Positions 13,552 through 24,896 of a stretch of 64,000 bases of DNA are shown in pieces. The stretch's first letter is position 1. The number at the start of each line of letters is the position of its first letter. The stretch covers positions 1-64,000 of the forward strand of contig JAAILG010001203.1 of assembly GCA_012026655.1 (NCBI GenBank). Direction: 5' to 3'. Both the position numbers and the translations under genes were made by a program. Below the pieces are notes generated by a model. The model made no database searches and was not told where the DNA came from. It was given only the letters and a program-made list of their open reading frames with translations. Origin of the DNA: Hydrolagus affinis (taxonomy: Eukaryota).

Positions 13552-13872
13552 TTGTTAAAACAGTGATTTCTGCATACAGTATCATCTTTACAATGGGGTT
13601 CCAAAGTTGTGTGGAAAAGACTTATTTTTAACAAGCAGCACAAAATACACATGATTGAATGTCAAATGAGATGGGCATCACAGCTGAGATATATCTTATC
13701 CTTATCTGAAATCCACCCGGATACATTTTCCTAAATTGAATGATAACAGGAACAGAATGCCCAGTTGATATTTCTCTCTCCAGAACACAAACTGTAAAGC
13801 CAATTCTATCATCTGGGCTGCTGTCTTTACTGAGATCAGCTAATTCAAACAATCCAATTTAGGGACTTGTAT

Positions 13873-14294
<422 letters not shown>

Positions 14295-15256
14295 TAGGCA
14301 ACGGTTGAAAATATTTTGGTGGGGTGGGCGCTGAGTAAAGCTCGGGTACGTATTACGTTATAATATATGTTATGTTATATTTTCTTTGCAAATCTGATTG
14401 GGGGAAAATGTTATGGTACACTTAATCATTGTGTAAGAAATAACATATTTGAAACTGAAAGAAACCCACAAAAAAGAGTCATTGACTACTCCTCTTGACA
14501 GATCAAGTACTGTACTATCATTTACTAAATGATTTTGTCTGGTGATAATATCCATTGCAAAGTGAAACTGTCAGCATTTAATTACGGCCAAAGGAAGGGA
14601 ATAGAATAAACAAGGGTGGGCTGATAGCAGTACCAAGCTGTACTTGTGTATTTACCAGTCTTTGTTGTCAGGAGTGATTAATAGTTATTACACCACCAAT
14701 TTGTAAAAGAAAAGTACATGTTCTTGGAAATGACCAAATTCCTGTCTGTAGTGATTTACAACAATTCTGGGAGGAGAGAAAGGAAATCAATAACAATTTC
14801 ATTTATTCCAATAAACCAGGATGCATTTACTGATTAGACAGACCCCAAATCCCACCTGACCTCAGCCTGCAGTTCAGAAACTCTTTTATTTTGCAATTCT
14901 TAAAACAAAGACCAAATTAAGACTTGAGATTAAGAATTTTCTACAGTTCGGTGCTATCTTATATTTTAAGGCAAAAATAGTCTCATTGGTTCAAACTAGA
15001 TGAAGTTTCTATTCTCCAGGACAGATGCTGTTCATTATTGTAACAGGTTGGTCGCAGTTATGATCTCGAGGTCAGAAGTTAAATGGAAGATCATTTAAAT
15101 ATTTGTGAAAAATATAAGTGAGCACGTTTACTGCCAGTGGAAATCTTTTACTGGCTACTGAGAGGAGGGTTTGGGTCAGTGTTTCTGTTAGGTTGGTATA
15201 CTGACTGGTAAACCTGGCTTCTGGAGCTAAATATTGCTTTGGCTTTTTATAAACAG

Positions 15257-15334
15257 AATTGATCTACAAGGAGGTGATGGATTTTGAGGAGAAAACTAAA
15301 AATGGTGTTGTGAAGGGACAGCCGTCTCCGTCAG
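15257..15334 (+). CDS. MAPK10: MAPK10 exon (E)[25 protein letters not shown](G/A)
   Basis: 78 nt, aaacag/GTAAAT boundaries; [16 protein letters not shown] matches JNK3. Confidence 0.97.
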
Positions 15335-16221
15335 GTAAATCCAGTGATCCTGTACATAGATAATAAACTAACATTGCTTGCGGTATTACTGCTGGACAAA
15401 CAAATTCAATCTCCTTGCTTTCTTGGTTAATCTTAATGACAAAACAACAACAAAATAGAGCACCTTTCACGTCAAGAGGCCAGCTTAAGTATGTTACAAA
15501 AACAGATATCTCTTGATAAGGTTTCCAGAGAAATGTCAGTTTCACCAAAGATTTCAGCCTTTTCTGTTATGATTGCAAGTAAAAAAATTATTTCCTTTCC
15601 GATTATCATTGCAAAATTCATAAATCTTTGTTCATTTACTCTGAATCTAACTAATTGTGAACTATTCTTGCAGAAAATGTTCTGCTTGTCCAGTGCAATA
15701 CTATCTCACAAACATACCTCTACAATCGGTTTAAAATGTGGCTCTAAACTGAGGTACTTGTTGCATAAAATACATAATCATAATATAAAATACATAATAT
15801 AAAATACATAATCATTACGCTTTACAGTAAAATCTGTGAACCGCTTTTAGGCATGCTGTGAATTGAAAGTTGACATCAAATGCATGGGGTATTATTATTA
15901 ATGTGTTGAATTTGTTACATTCTGTTTACTGAAGAGAAAATAATACAATAAGGGATATTCAGGCTTGCCTTCATATATTATAGTTTTTAATGTTAATCAT
16001 AAACATTACAATCTGGTAATAGTAAAATCCTTATTTATAAGGCATATTGCGATTTTGATCAATATTTTATCTTTAGTTTAAAACAAAAAAATGCCCCAAA
16101 TTGCTAACTAGTCGAAAAAGGTATTGGGGTTGAAAAAATAACACCCAGTGGAAAATGTTTTAAAAGGTAAAACACAATTATACATCAGGACATAAAATGT
16201 ATCTCATGCACGGTACCTTAT

Positions 16222-16650
16222 ACTCAAGATCCTCATCCTCACTTTCAAGGTCATTTACGGCCTTGCTCCGCCTATCTCTCTGACCTGCTGTCTCCCTATC
16301 AGCCTACCCGTCCCCTTCGTTCAGCGGGCTCTGGCCTGCTCCACATCCCCCACCTGAACTACCCTACCATCGGCGGCTGGGCTTTCAGCCTCTCTGCCCC
16401 CACACTCTGGAACTCCATCCAGCAATCCCTTCGCCTCGCTTCCTCCCTTTCCTGCTTCAAGACTGGTCTCAAGACCTTCCTCTTCGACCGTGGCTTCTGC
16501 TCCCCTCCTAACTCTCCCCCCTCTCCTACTCTCCTTCCCCCTATCCTGACCCCTCCCCCCCATTGCTCGGGTCCCGACCTAACTGTTCAGCACCTTGGGA
16601 CGTCCTCCCGACGTGAAAGGCGCTCTATAAATGTCATTTTGTTGTTGTTG
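16222..16650 (+). mobile_element. Young L2 LINE 3' fragment
   Basis: KILILTFK / SAPTLWNS motifs, pyrimidine-rich 3' UTR, stem-loop tail and (TTG)n. Confidence 0.9.
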
Positions 16651-17790
16651 TGTACAACCTGCTAATGTTTGGAAGCTTAGTTTCTACCTTGAAGTAGACT
16701 TGTAGCCGAAATGCACAGATTGGTGAGATGTATGTGGAAATTCCCTAGAATAGTAGCATTTTATGTCCCAATGGCCACTTTCCAGATGTGAGATTTCATT
16801 CCTCTGTAGTTTTCCTGCTGAGTACAATGCTTATCAGCCCCTATGTCGCAAAAGCAACCTCAGAATATTTGGGCATTGTTGTGGGAGGGGAGTGGGTGGT
16901 GAATTTAAAGCAGTGTATGGTTTTAGAATGGCAGTGATTTACCTCCTGTTCCTGAACCAGTCAGCATGATAAATTACAACAGAACAGGAGTAAAATGCAA
17001 GCCTTGCAGAAATGAAAATTTTTCACAACTGAAGCAAATTAATACTCTTATTTTTGCTCTTTAGAAACTTTTTTTTTTGACACTTAACATTTACCCATTC
17101 CTTTCCCTGGTGCAGAACTTACTTTGTTCCCAATTAAATGAGCTTGTAGTCAGCAATCATGAATAAAATGATTGGTAACCTAACATCTGTCTTCTTAGTG
17201 CAAGACTCTAATAACATGAGGCAAGTTTGCAGAGTTCCATATCTTCAAGGTGCATAGATTTATTAAAATTGTTGCATCAAATAAGCTTCCTGGAAAATGT
17301 GCTTTACTCTGTATGACTATTTAGAATTTTTTTTTAAATGATTAATGTTTCAATCATTCTCTGGAACCATTTTTCAGAACCAAGATTTATAACAGTGTCA
17401 GCTCCTTATTTTCTCCCAAATGATGGAGGATACAGGAAGGATATAAGAATGTTTGAGTGATACCCAGACCTTCCCCCACCCTCCCCCCCCTGCCCACCCA
17501 TTTAAGCCCCAACAAAATATTTAATCATGTAGAGGTGTCTTGCCTAGTTGGCTCCCCTGCAAATCAGCACCTCCTACAAATCAGCACCCCATTGTACCTG
17601 AAAATCCCAAGCTCTTTAGGGGCGCCAGTCCACCACCAATGATGGCGACGCTCGTTTTCTCCTTATCGAGAGAATGTTTGGGGCAATCAAGCGACTTCCT
17701 TTCTGTTGCCTTTGCTGCTGTTTGCGGTCGATTTGAAGGTAAGGCTTTTTCCTGGCTCAGATTTTATGGCTTTACTGTTCATTTTCTCAG

Positions 17791-17807
17791 CGCAGGTGCA
17801 GCAGTGA
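17791..17807 (+). CDS. MAPK10: MAPK10 last exon, short (p46-type) frame: (A)QVQQ*
   Basis: Proximal acceptor ttctcag at 17790; G|CG CAG GTG CAG CAG TGA, the canonical JNK short C-terminus. Confidence 0.88.
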
Positions 17808-17938
17808 ATAGCAGCGAAAGCCTTCCTCCATCCTCATCAGTAAATGACATTTCATCCATGTCAACCGATCAGACCCTGGCCTCAGACACTGACAGCAGCC
17901 TGGAAACTTCAGCAGGACCCCTCGGTTGTTGCAGGTGA
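17796..17938 (+). CDS. MAPK10: MAPK10 last exon, long (p54-type) frame: (G)[46 protein letters not shown]
   Basis: Distal acceptor cgcag at 17795; the C-terminus is near-identical to human JNK3 alpha2; adjacency to ARHGAP24 supports MAPK10 rather than MAPK8/9. Confidence 0.96.
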
Positions 17939-17980
17939 CTAGCCGCCTGCCTGCGGAACCCCCTCTTCTTTAGAACGTGA
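17936..17980 (+). other. MAPK10: Stop-codon readthrough signal UGA-CUAG and 14-codon extension X-LAACLRNPLFFRT*
   Basis: TGA CTA GCC GCC TGC CTG CGG AAC CCC CTC TTC TTT AGA ACG TGA. Human MAPK10 is an established UGA-CUAG readthrough gene with a similar extension. Confidence 0.88.
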
Positions 17981-20900
17981 TGCACCTACTAATTACTCAG
18001 CTCGCCTGTTTGGAAAATGAACTTCTCTTTAAAAAGGAACATGGATATACTTGATGCTCAATATTATGTCAGAATGCTTTGCTTATGTCTCATTTCCGAT
18101 GAGGCTGAAGTTCATTAAGAGTACTAGGCAGCACCACTTCACAGTATGTAAATATGTGGTTATAAATTTGCGCCCTGCTCCCTATGGCACTTGCTTTGAT
18201 AAGGCAAGGTGAGCAGAAAAAATACAGCATTATAGTTAAAACTAAATGCACTTTTGTCTCTTTAAAGATGCAATATGTGTCCATTTTTTGCCCTTCATGT
18301 ACTTGCTGAGTATAAACACATTGTATAAATATATTCATATGAATGGCCATATGTTCATTATTCCAAAAAGATCTTCAATCCCGGGATCTCAAAACCCATG
18401 CATTCTTGATAGAGATTAAGGGAATAATGATGTAAATAAATTGTTAATCCTTTTAGCACTGAATGCAACCCTTCTATCAGCAATTAAATTCCATAAATAG
18501 AATTAATGGGATACGCAGAACTACAAACCACTCCCTTATAAGCTATGAAGTAGACTAAATAAAGGGTAATGTTTAATAGGACATAAACCTTTCTAGCTGT
18601 CCTGTTTAGGTTATAGTCACAGTCTTCAAAATATCCTGAAAAAAATTGTGTTACAATCGCAGTTTTCATAAAAACTGTGATTTCTCTCAACTAACTTGAC
18701 ACTGAAAGGTGGTGTTTAAAATCTGGTTTGCTAATGCCATTTCCTGAACTAAATATAAAGCAATGATGACAAAATAAATGATGACAAAGTATCCATAAAG
18801 AGGATTATATGTTTTTACTCACTGGTTTAAATGCTTCTGCAGATGCTGGTGATAGCTCTTTAAACTGGAGTGAGCATCACACATTCAGTTAGCATTTGTG
18901 ATCTGAGTTGAAAGATCCTGGAATTAGTGTTCATACCGGAATTTGTAGTCAAATAAAAAAGACATACACATACAAATTAACTGCACACCTTGCCATAGTC
19001 AGCTGAACAGATTCTTTAGTTGCACTTGCCTGTAGATGTGCATGATCAAACTTCCAAATATATAACTGTAAAGTGGAAGGGAACATATACCTAGGTGTGT
19101 TGTAGGTTATTATGTGGTACATAATGTATGCAGCCAAGAACCTGCACAATTTTGCTGAAATTTTAAAACCCGTAAATGCTGAACCTGCATGGACCTGTGA
19201 TACGACTGCTCTGCTCACAAGTAAGCATTATTTTGAATTGCTGTGACATATGTTAATCAGAACCAATTTTATTAACGTTGCGTGTGAAATTGATACATAA
19301 GCTTAACTGCTGGATGCGGAATATTAGAGACCAACCTTCAGGACATCAGTGATGTGGACAGTATAGAAAACCACCTCAGTCTATACAATTGCAGGGAGTT
19401 TACCTTGGAAACTGTACTTTTACTGAGAGGAAAGATTGACGTTACTAATAAGGCCGAAAGCACAAAGGACAAAACTGTCAACATTGACAGCTTCAATCAG
19501 CTTCGGTCTGAATATAACTAACTTTGCAGAAGTCCTCTTTAGACAAAATGAATATTTCTTCAATGAAGATTGATAATGACTGGATAACAGGGTATCTAGA
19601 ACTTGGGACATCTTGATGAAATATTACAAAATCAAACTTAATTAATATTAGGTTTGGGAATACTCCATTCACTAATGTTAAATGGTTCTAAATTATCAAA
19701 GTACAATACAAATACAGAACAGCACAGCACAGAAAGAACTGGTGGTATTCTTGCTGACTTAGAAAATCAAAAAGTCATAAGATCATAAACAAAGAGAATA
19801 CCCAATCCTCCATCTTCCCATTATGGACTACAGCTGTTTCTTCAATGACTCCAGTATCCTTGGCCTCAACCACTCATTCTAGTACCCCATTCTATTCCTT
19901 TATTCCCTGTTGTTTAAAAAATACTTAACCCATTGGGTGTACTAAAAAAAAATAACATGTCACACCTCTGTCCTCTTGTTTGTGCTTGCTTTGAGTATAA
20001 GGAAGTATTATTATGAGTTTACTTTTTCAATCCTATCAAGCATGGTATGTGCTTGTAGACCACCTGGCCTGAGTTATTTCGTTTCAAGGCTGAAGAATCT
20101 TTTCAGGCCTGTCTAGTCATTTCTCTGAGTCCATCTCTCTAATGCTGGGACACAGCATGACATTAAAGAAAATACCTATTCTAAAATGAAACAACATCCT
20201 CTTCCTCTGCCCCTAATACACCAAGGGCAGATGAAATGTTTGAAGGATGAGTTTGAAGAGTGAGCCCATAAATCTTAGCAACTGTCTGGAATTTGACAAA
20301 TAAGCCATTGCTATTGACTATCATCTGTTTAACTGCAATCTCTCTACAAACAAGTGATGATAAATTTATGGAAAATATAATTTTAATTATAATGAAGTAC
20401 TGTATTTAGTACAAAATATCAGCCTACAAAACACTTACAAGTTTCTAGGCTTGGTATTTTCTGTTAATTTATCATATATAGCTTAATTTGAAGTGTAGAT
20501 ATTTTTCAGATTTGTGATGAGGCTGCCTGAAAATTTAATGCTATTGCCCTCTGCTGATCAGATTGTAGAGGCTCTGCTAGGTTAGAAATGCTAAGTTTGA
20601 TCCAGTTAGAATGAACTGTTCTTTTTTCACTGCTATTCAGTCGTCCTTGCGTTTGGTTTTATGAACAGATTTCTGATATCATTAACAGACTGATTGGGAT
20701 TCATTGTGTTTGTTTTTGTTAAATAGTTTGCATTGATCAGGTATATAGCTTCAACCTTTCTCCAGACCATTCTACAAAATGATGTTAGTGCAATCTGAAT
20801 TGGCCCTCACTGACATGATGATGTCAGGCACTCTATCAATGAATAGTGTCTCGGATTTTACCTTGCCCATCATTTTAATGATATTCAATTCTAAGCAATT

Positions 20901-23900
20901 GTTTTAAGCTATAGTATATGTTGTGTTGTGATGCAGCGGGACATCTTGGTCCTAAGTATGAGTGGTGCCTCATTGTGTGGCTCCCCGAAGGTTCAAAGTA
21001 CTGTCCAGGCTGGACCACCCCATCTTCTTTCCCACTCTTCACAGGATATCAGCACAGCCTCTGTGCAGTGCATTCCCACAGTGTGACTCCTATTGTAATC
21101 TGAATGGATTGGAGAGATTGAGCTGCATGTTTCCACTGACTCTCAGTGCTCCAACATGCATGGTCAACAAAGTTTCATTTAAATAATTATATAATTAAAT
21201 AATTGTGGAGGCTTTAACTCAATGCCAGTGATCGGTCTAAGCAATGATATCCGTGAGCGAGTTTTGATGCTACTACAGGTGGGAAAACTTGTCATCTCGA
21301 TACTGGTCATTGGTTCATAATGGCTGCTGGGCTGGAAGATCATGCACTGCTGTTCCTCTTAACAACAACAACCTGCATTCATATAGCTCTTCTCACTGAG
21401 TTAGTGTCCTAAAGAACTTGATGCACCATCAAAGGAGATACATAAAATAATAGTGTGATCGACCATTTTGATCAACCAGACTGTGTTTATTCTCCACATG
21501 CGGTCCCACTGCACGTATATCTCTCTTCTATCCCCTTCTGTTCCCTAAGCCTTGTATGCATCAAACTTTCTCTCAAGTATGCTGATGTTATTTGCGTCAA
21601 CCACAACATCTTCCCATGCGTTCCATAAATACTGCAAAGTAACTAAAACAGCAACTACAGAAGCCATGACAACCGAAAAGAGGCAAAATTTGTGATAATT
21701 GATCACAGATTCTATGTGATATTTATCACATTTAATTGGTTATGATTTATGCAAATCCTACCCCTACCCCCTACCAATTTCTCATCTTAAACCAATATTT
21801 CATCTCTTTCTTGGAACTTGCTTTTTACCTTCTCTAATATTTGGTGAGTCTCTGCCAAAAATAAACTTGAGTGCTATCTTATGATCCTGATTAGAAAAAT
21901 TACATATCGGTGTGAAAATTGTTGGGTGTATTATGTTGCATCATCGTTGTAGCACTATCAAAGTATCCTGCTGTACTATTGAACTGATCTAATCCAATCT
22001 ACCATCCAATTTCAGCATTCATTGGTATTGAGGAAACACTTATATTTTGCTGTAATTGTGCGATTTCTTTAACTCTTATTCTTATGTGTAAGTGCGTGTC
22101 CAGAAGGTCCACAGTACCCAATGAAACCCAGACCATGATTTTGTTGTGAAGGAAAATTATCCTGCCTGTGCTGTGCCTCCTACTCCATATGCTCAGTGGT
22201 ATAATGCAAACAATAAAACCCTCAAGCTGTTCTGAACAGTTTGTTTTTCCAGTAAGCAATGCAATTTCAATTGATATTGAAATAATGACTGACCAAATGT
22301 TTGCATCCAATGAAGAGCCAGAAATTAGCCATTATAATAATGTGCCAACACTCACAATGTGTGTGCCATACTGCAGTTATTCTCCAAAATATGTATTCAG
22401 TTTATTCCTAATCTATATCATCTTATTGGTGTAGACACCCACTCAAATAATCACTGCAGTCACAGTGCCTAAGAGTAAGCATTCCCCTTTCCACTCTAAT
22501 ATTGCCAGATTGGACTGAACAACTAGGAACAGTGCTGAAATCAAGGCTTGTCTCCAGCTGGGCATTTAGCACCAAGCTCTCGCTGAAGTGGGCGCTGTTC
22601 ACCTGACGGGCTCAGTTAATAAACAGACAACTGGAATTCAAATGCTCCCATTTTTGCAACCTGGTGGAGGTTAATTGAAGGAACTTCATAATTTGCTAGA
22701 TTTATTAATCATTGTGCTCCAGATGATCACAGTTTAACTGATACAGTCGAAAAGCAAGAGCATAGGTACAGATAAGATGATGAATGTCAATTTCAGTGCT
22801 TTAAAAAGACTTCTGGTCTTTTCTGTTGGGCTGAATGTTCACATGAGTATGCCTCAAGTAACGGACTATTAAGTCCATAACACTTCAGAAGGAAAGGGTT
22901 GAATTCAGCAATCCAGAAACTCTATAAGCAGAGGATATCCCAGTATAACATAGTGAAAGATGTGCTCTGGGGAGTTGTATTTATTTTCCAGCATAATATA
23001 ACTACATATAACTAAAGAATGATGTTGCAGCTACTCTTAACTCCTCGTCTTATTGCTAATGGCTTGTCTTTTAATATCGCTGGCATGACAAGATGTAAAT
23101 GGACAATTCTTTTCTGATTTTCCTGCAAAGGTACTTGCAAAACTGTTCACCCGCAAAGTTTCATGCAGACTGCATGGGTGAAGTTAGTTCCAGGTCATGA
23201 CTGTAGGTACAGAACATTTGTAGGATAGTTTCAAACATCACGTCTACATTTACAAGGTTGACGTTTTAAAATTTTAAAAAATAAATAATCACGCTCTGCA
23301 TGAATCCTGTCTGACTCTTCTCTCAAAAAGTCTATTAACTAAATGCCTCCTATGAATTTCATGGCACAAGTCTATTTAGAGTATGCAGAATATTTCTCTT
23401 TCTCAAGGTGTGTGAAGCATTATCTGGTTGTACTAACAATGCGAGGGGATTACTGTAAAGTTTCCAGAAGTTGTCAAGAGATTGTCAAACATTTTTATAA
23501 TGATCATCTTAAGCAGAATGTACGTCTCTTCCTCTCATACGGATATGGATTTTTATTTTGGAATTGTCGGGGCGGGCATATGATAAATTAATGTGGATTT
23601 TCAATGGTTCAAAGCCCCTGAATTTAAATGGTTTAAAGAGCCATAGCAATATCAAAGTGTTTCAGTTTTCTTCAGAGAAATCACGAGCCCCATCTTGAAT
23701 GTTAATGGGTGTTTGGGAGAGAGAGGGGGAGAGGAATGGCACTCCTGGTTTGCCCTGGAGAAAACTTATGAGGTGCGTTTGTAAGCAGTCACAATGGCAG
23801 AGGGCAACTAGCTGGGTTGCAGGAAAGAAAGAGATGGAAGAGAGTTTGAAACAAAAGGAGAGGGATTGGCGAACAAAGGACTAGGAGAGGAGTTGGAGGT

Positions 23901-24637
23901 GGGTGGGAGAGGGGATGGAGGGTGGAGAATCAAACTACCGAAATAAAAAGGGAAATTACCAAAGCCAGATAATGCCTTTCTAAGTGCTTTATCATTATTT
24001 GATTAACTGACCACAAAAATATTAGTTAACAAGATAGGTTGTTTAAATAAAAATTGATGACGTGGAAAACAGTGCAGTGAATCTCCCAATGCATTACCAT
24101 ACATATAGTCAAGGGGAATAGACAAGTCATAATTGGACTCAAGAGTACATGTACTCTTTGAATACATATTCTTGTCTTTCTGACCCTGATCGGGTTTCCA
24201 AACAGATTTTGCTTTGGGGAAGAGAATTTTGTAAAAAAAATTATAAATTCATTTAAAAAAATCTTGTATTCAGACTTCTCTAAACCATTTGTCAGTCTAG
24301 CTCAGAATGTGTTCATATGTCCAGATACTTTCACTTAATGGCGGTGCAATAAGATTTAATTCGGAGACCGCACCATCGAGCTGGGGTCAGCTGCAATCAC
24401 AACTGATATCTAATGTGATTTCTTTGTGGCAAGTTTGATTTTAAACAAACTTGGTTGGTTGTTTTTTTTGTACTGTTTGTGACCAATTTTGTTAAGATGT
24501 AAGGATTAGATATGCATCCGATCCCTACACCAGTGCTTTGTAAGATAAGCTTCTCAAGGCCCAGCTCCCAGGAAAGCACCTCAACTTTTAAAAATTGAGA
24601 TTTAACAAAAAAAAATCACTCAAGATTTTAAAGTTAC

Positions 24638-24775
24638 TGTGTATGTAGACAATATATGTATGTGATTAAGAAAAATAAAAGACCTTCAAAATGGGAAATA
24701 ATTTCTCAGTTGTGAAATGATTGATCATTTACATGGCATGTTGTCATCTGTGAAACGCATGACTGTTTTGTGAAT
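24638..24775 (+). terminator. MAPK10: Candidate distal poly(A) site of MAPK10
   Basis: AATAAA at 24674-24679, three TGTA motifs within ~40 nt upstream and TG/T-rich sequence downstream. More proximal AATAAA hexamers lie at 18435, 18773 and 18952. Confidence 0.5.
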
Positions 24776-24896
24776 TGCATCCATATCTTGGACCCGAGAT
24801 GAGGTGCTGGATTGATTTAGCTACTGATCATGTTAACAAGAAGGATGTACAGATCACAAGTTTACTTTGCCACTCAAAAGCAATGATGGGGCTTAA

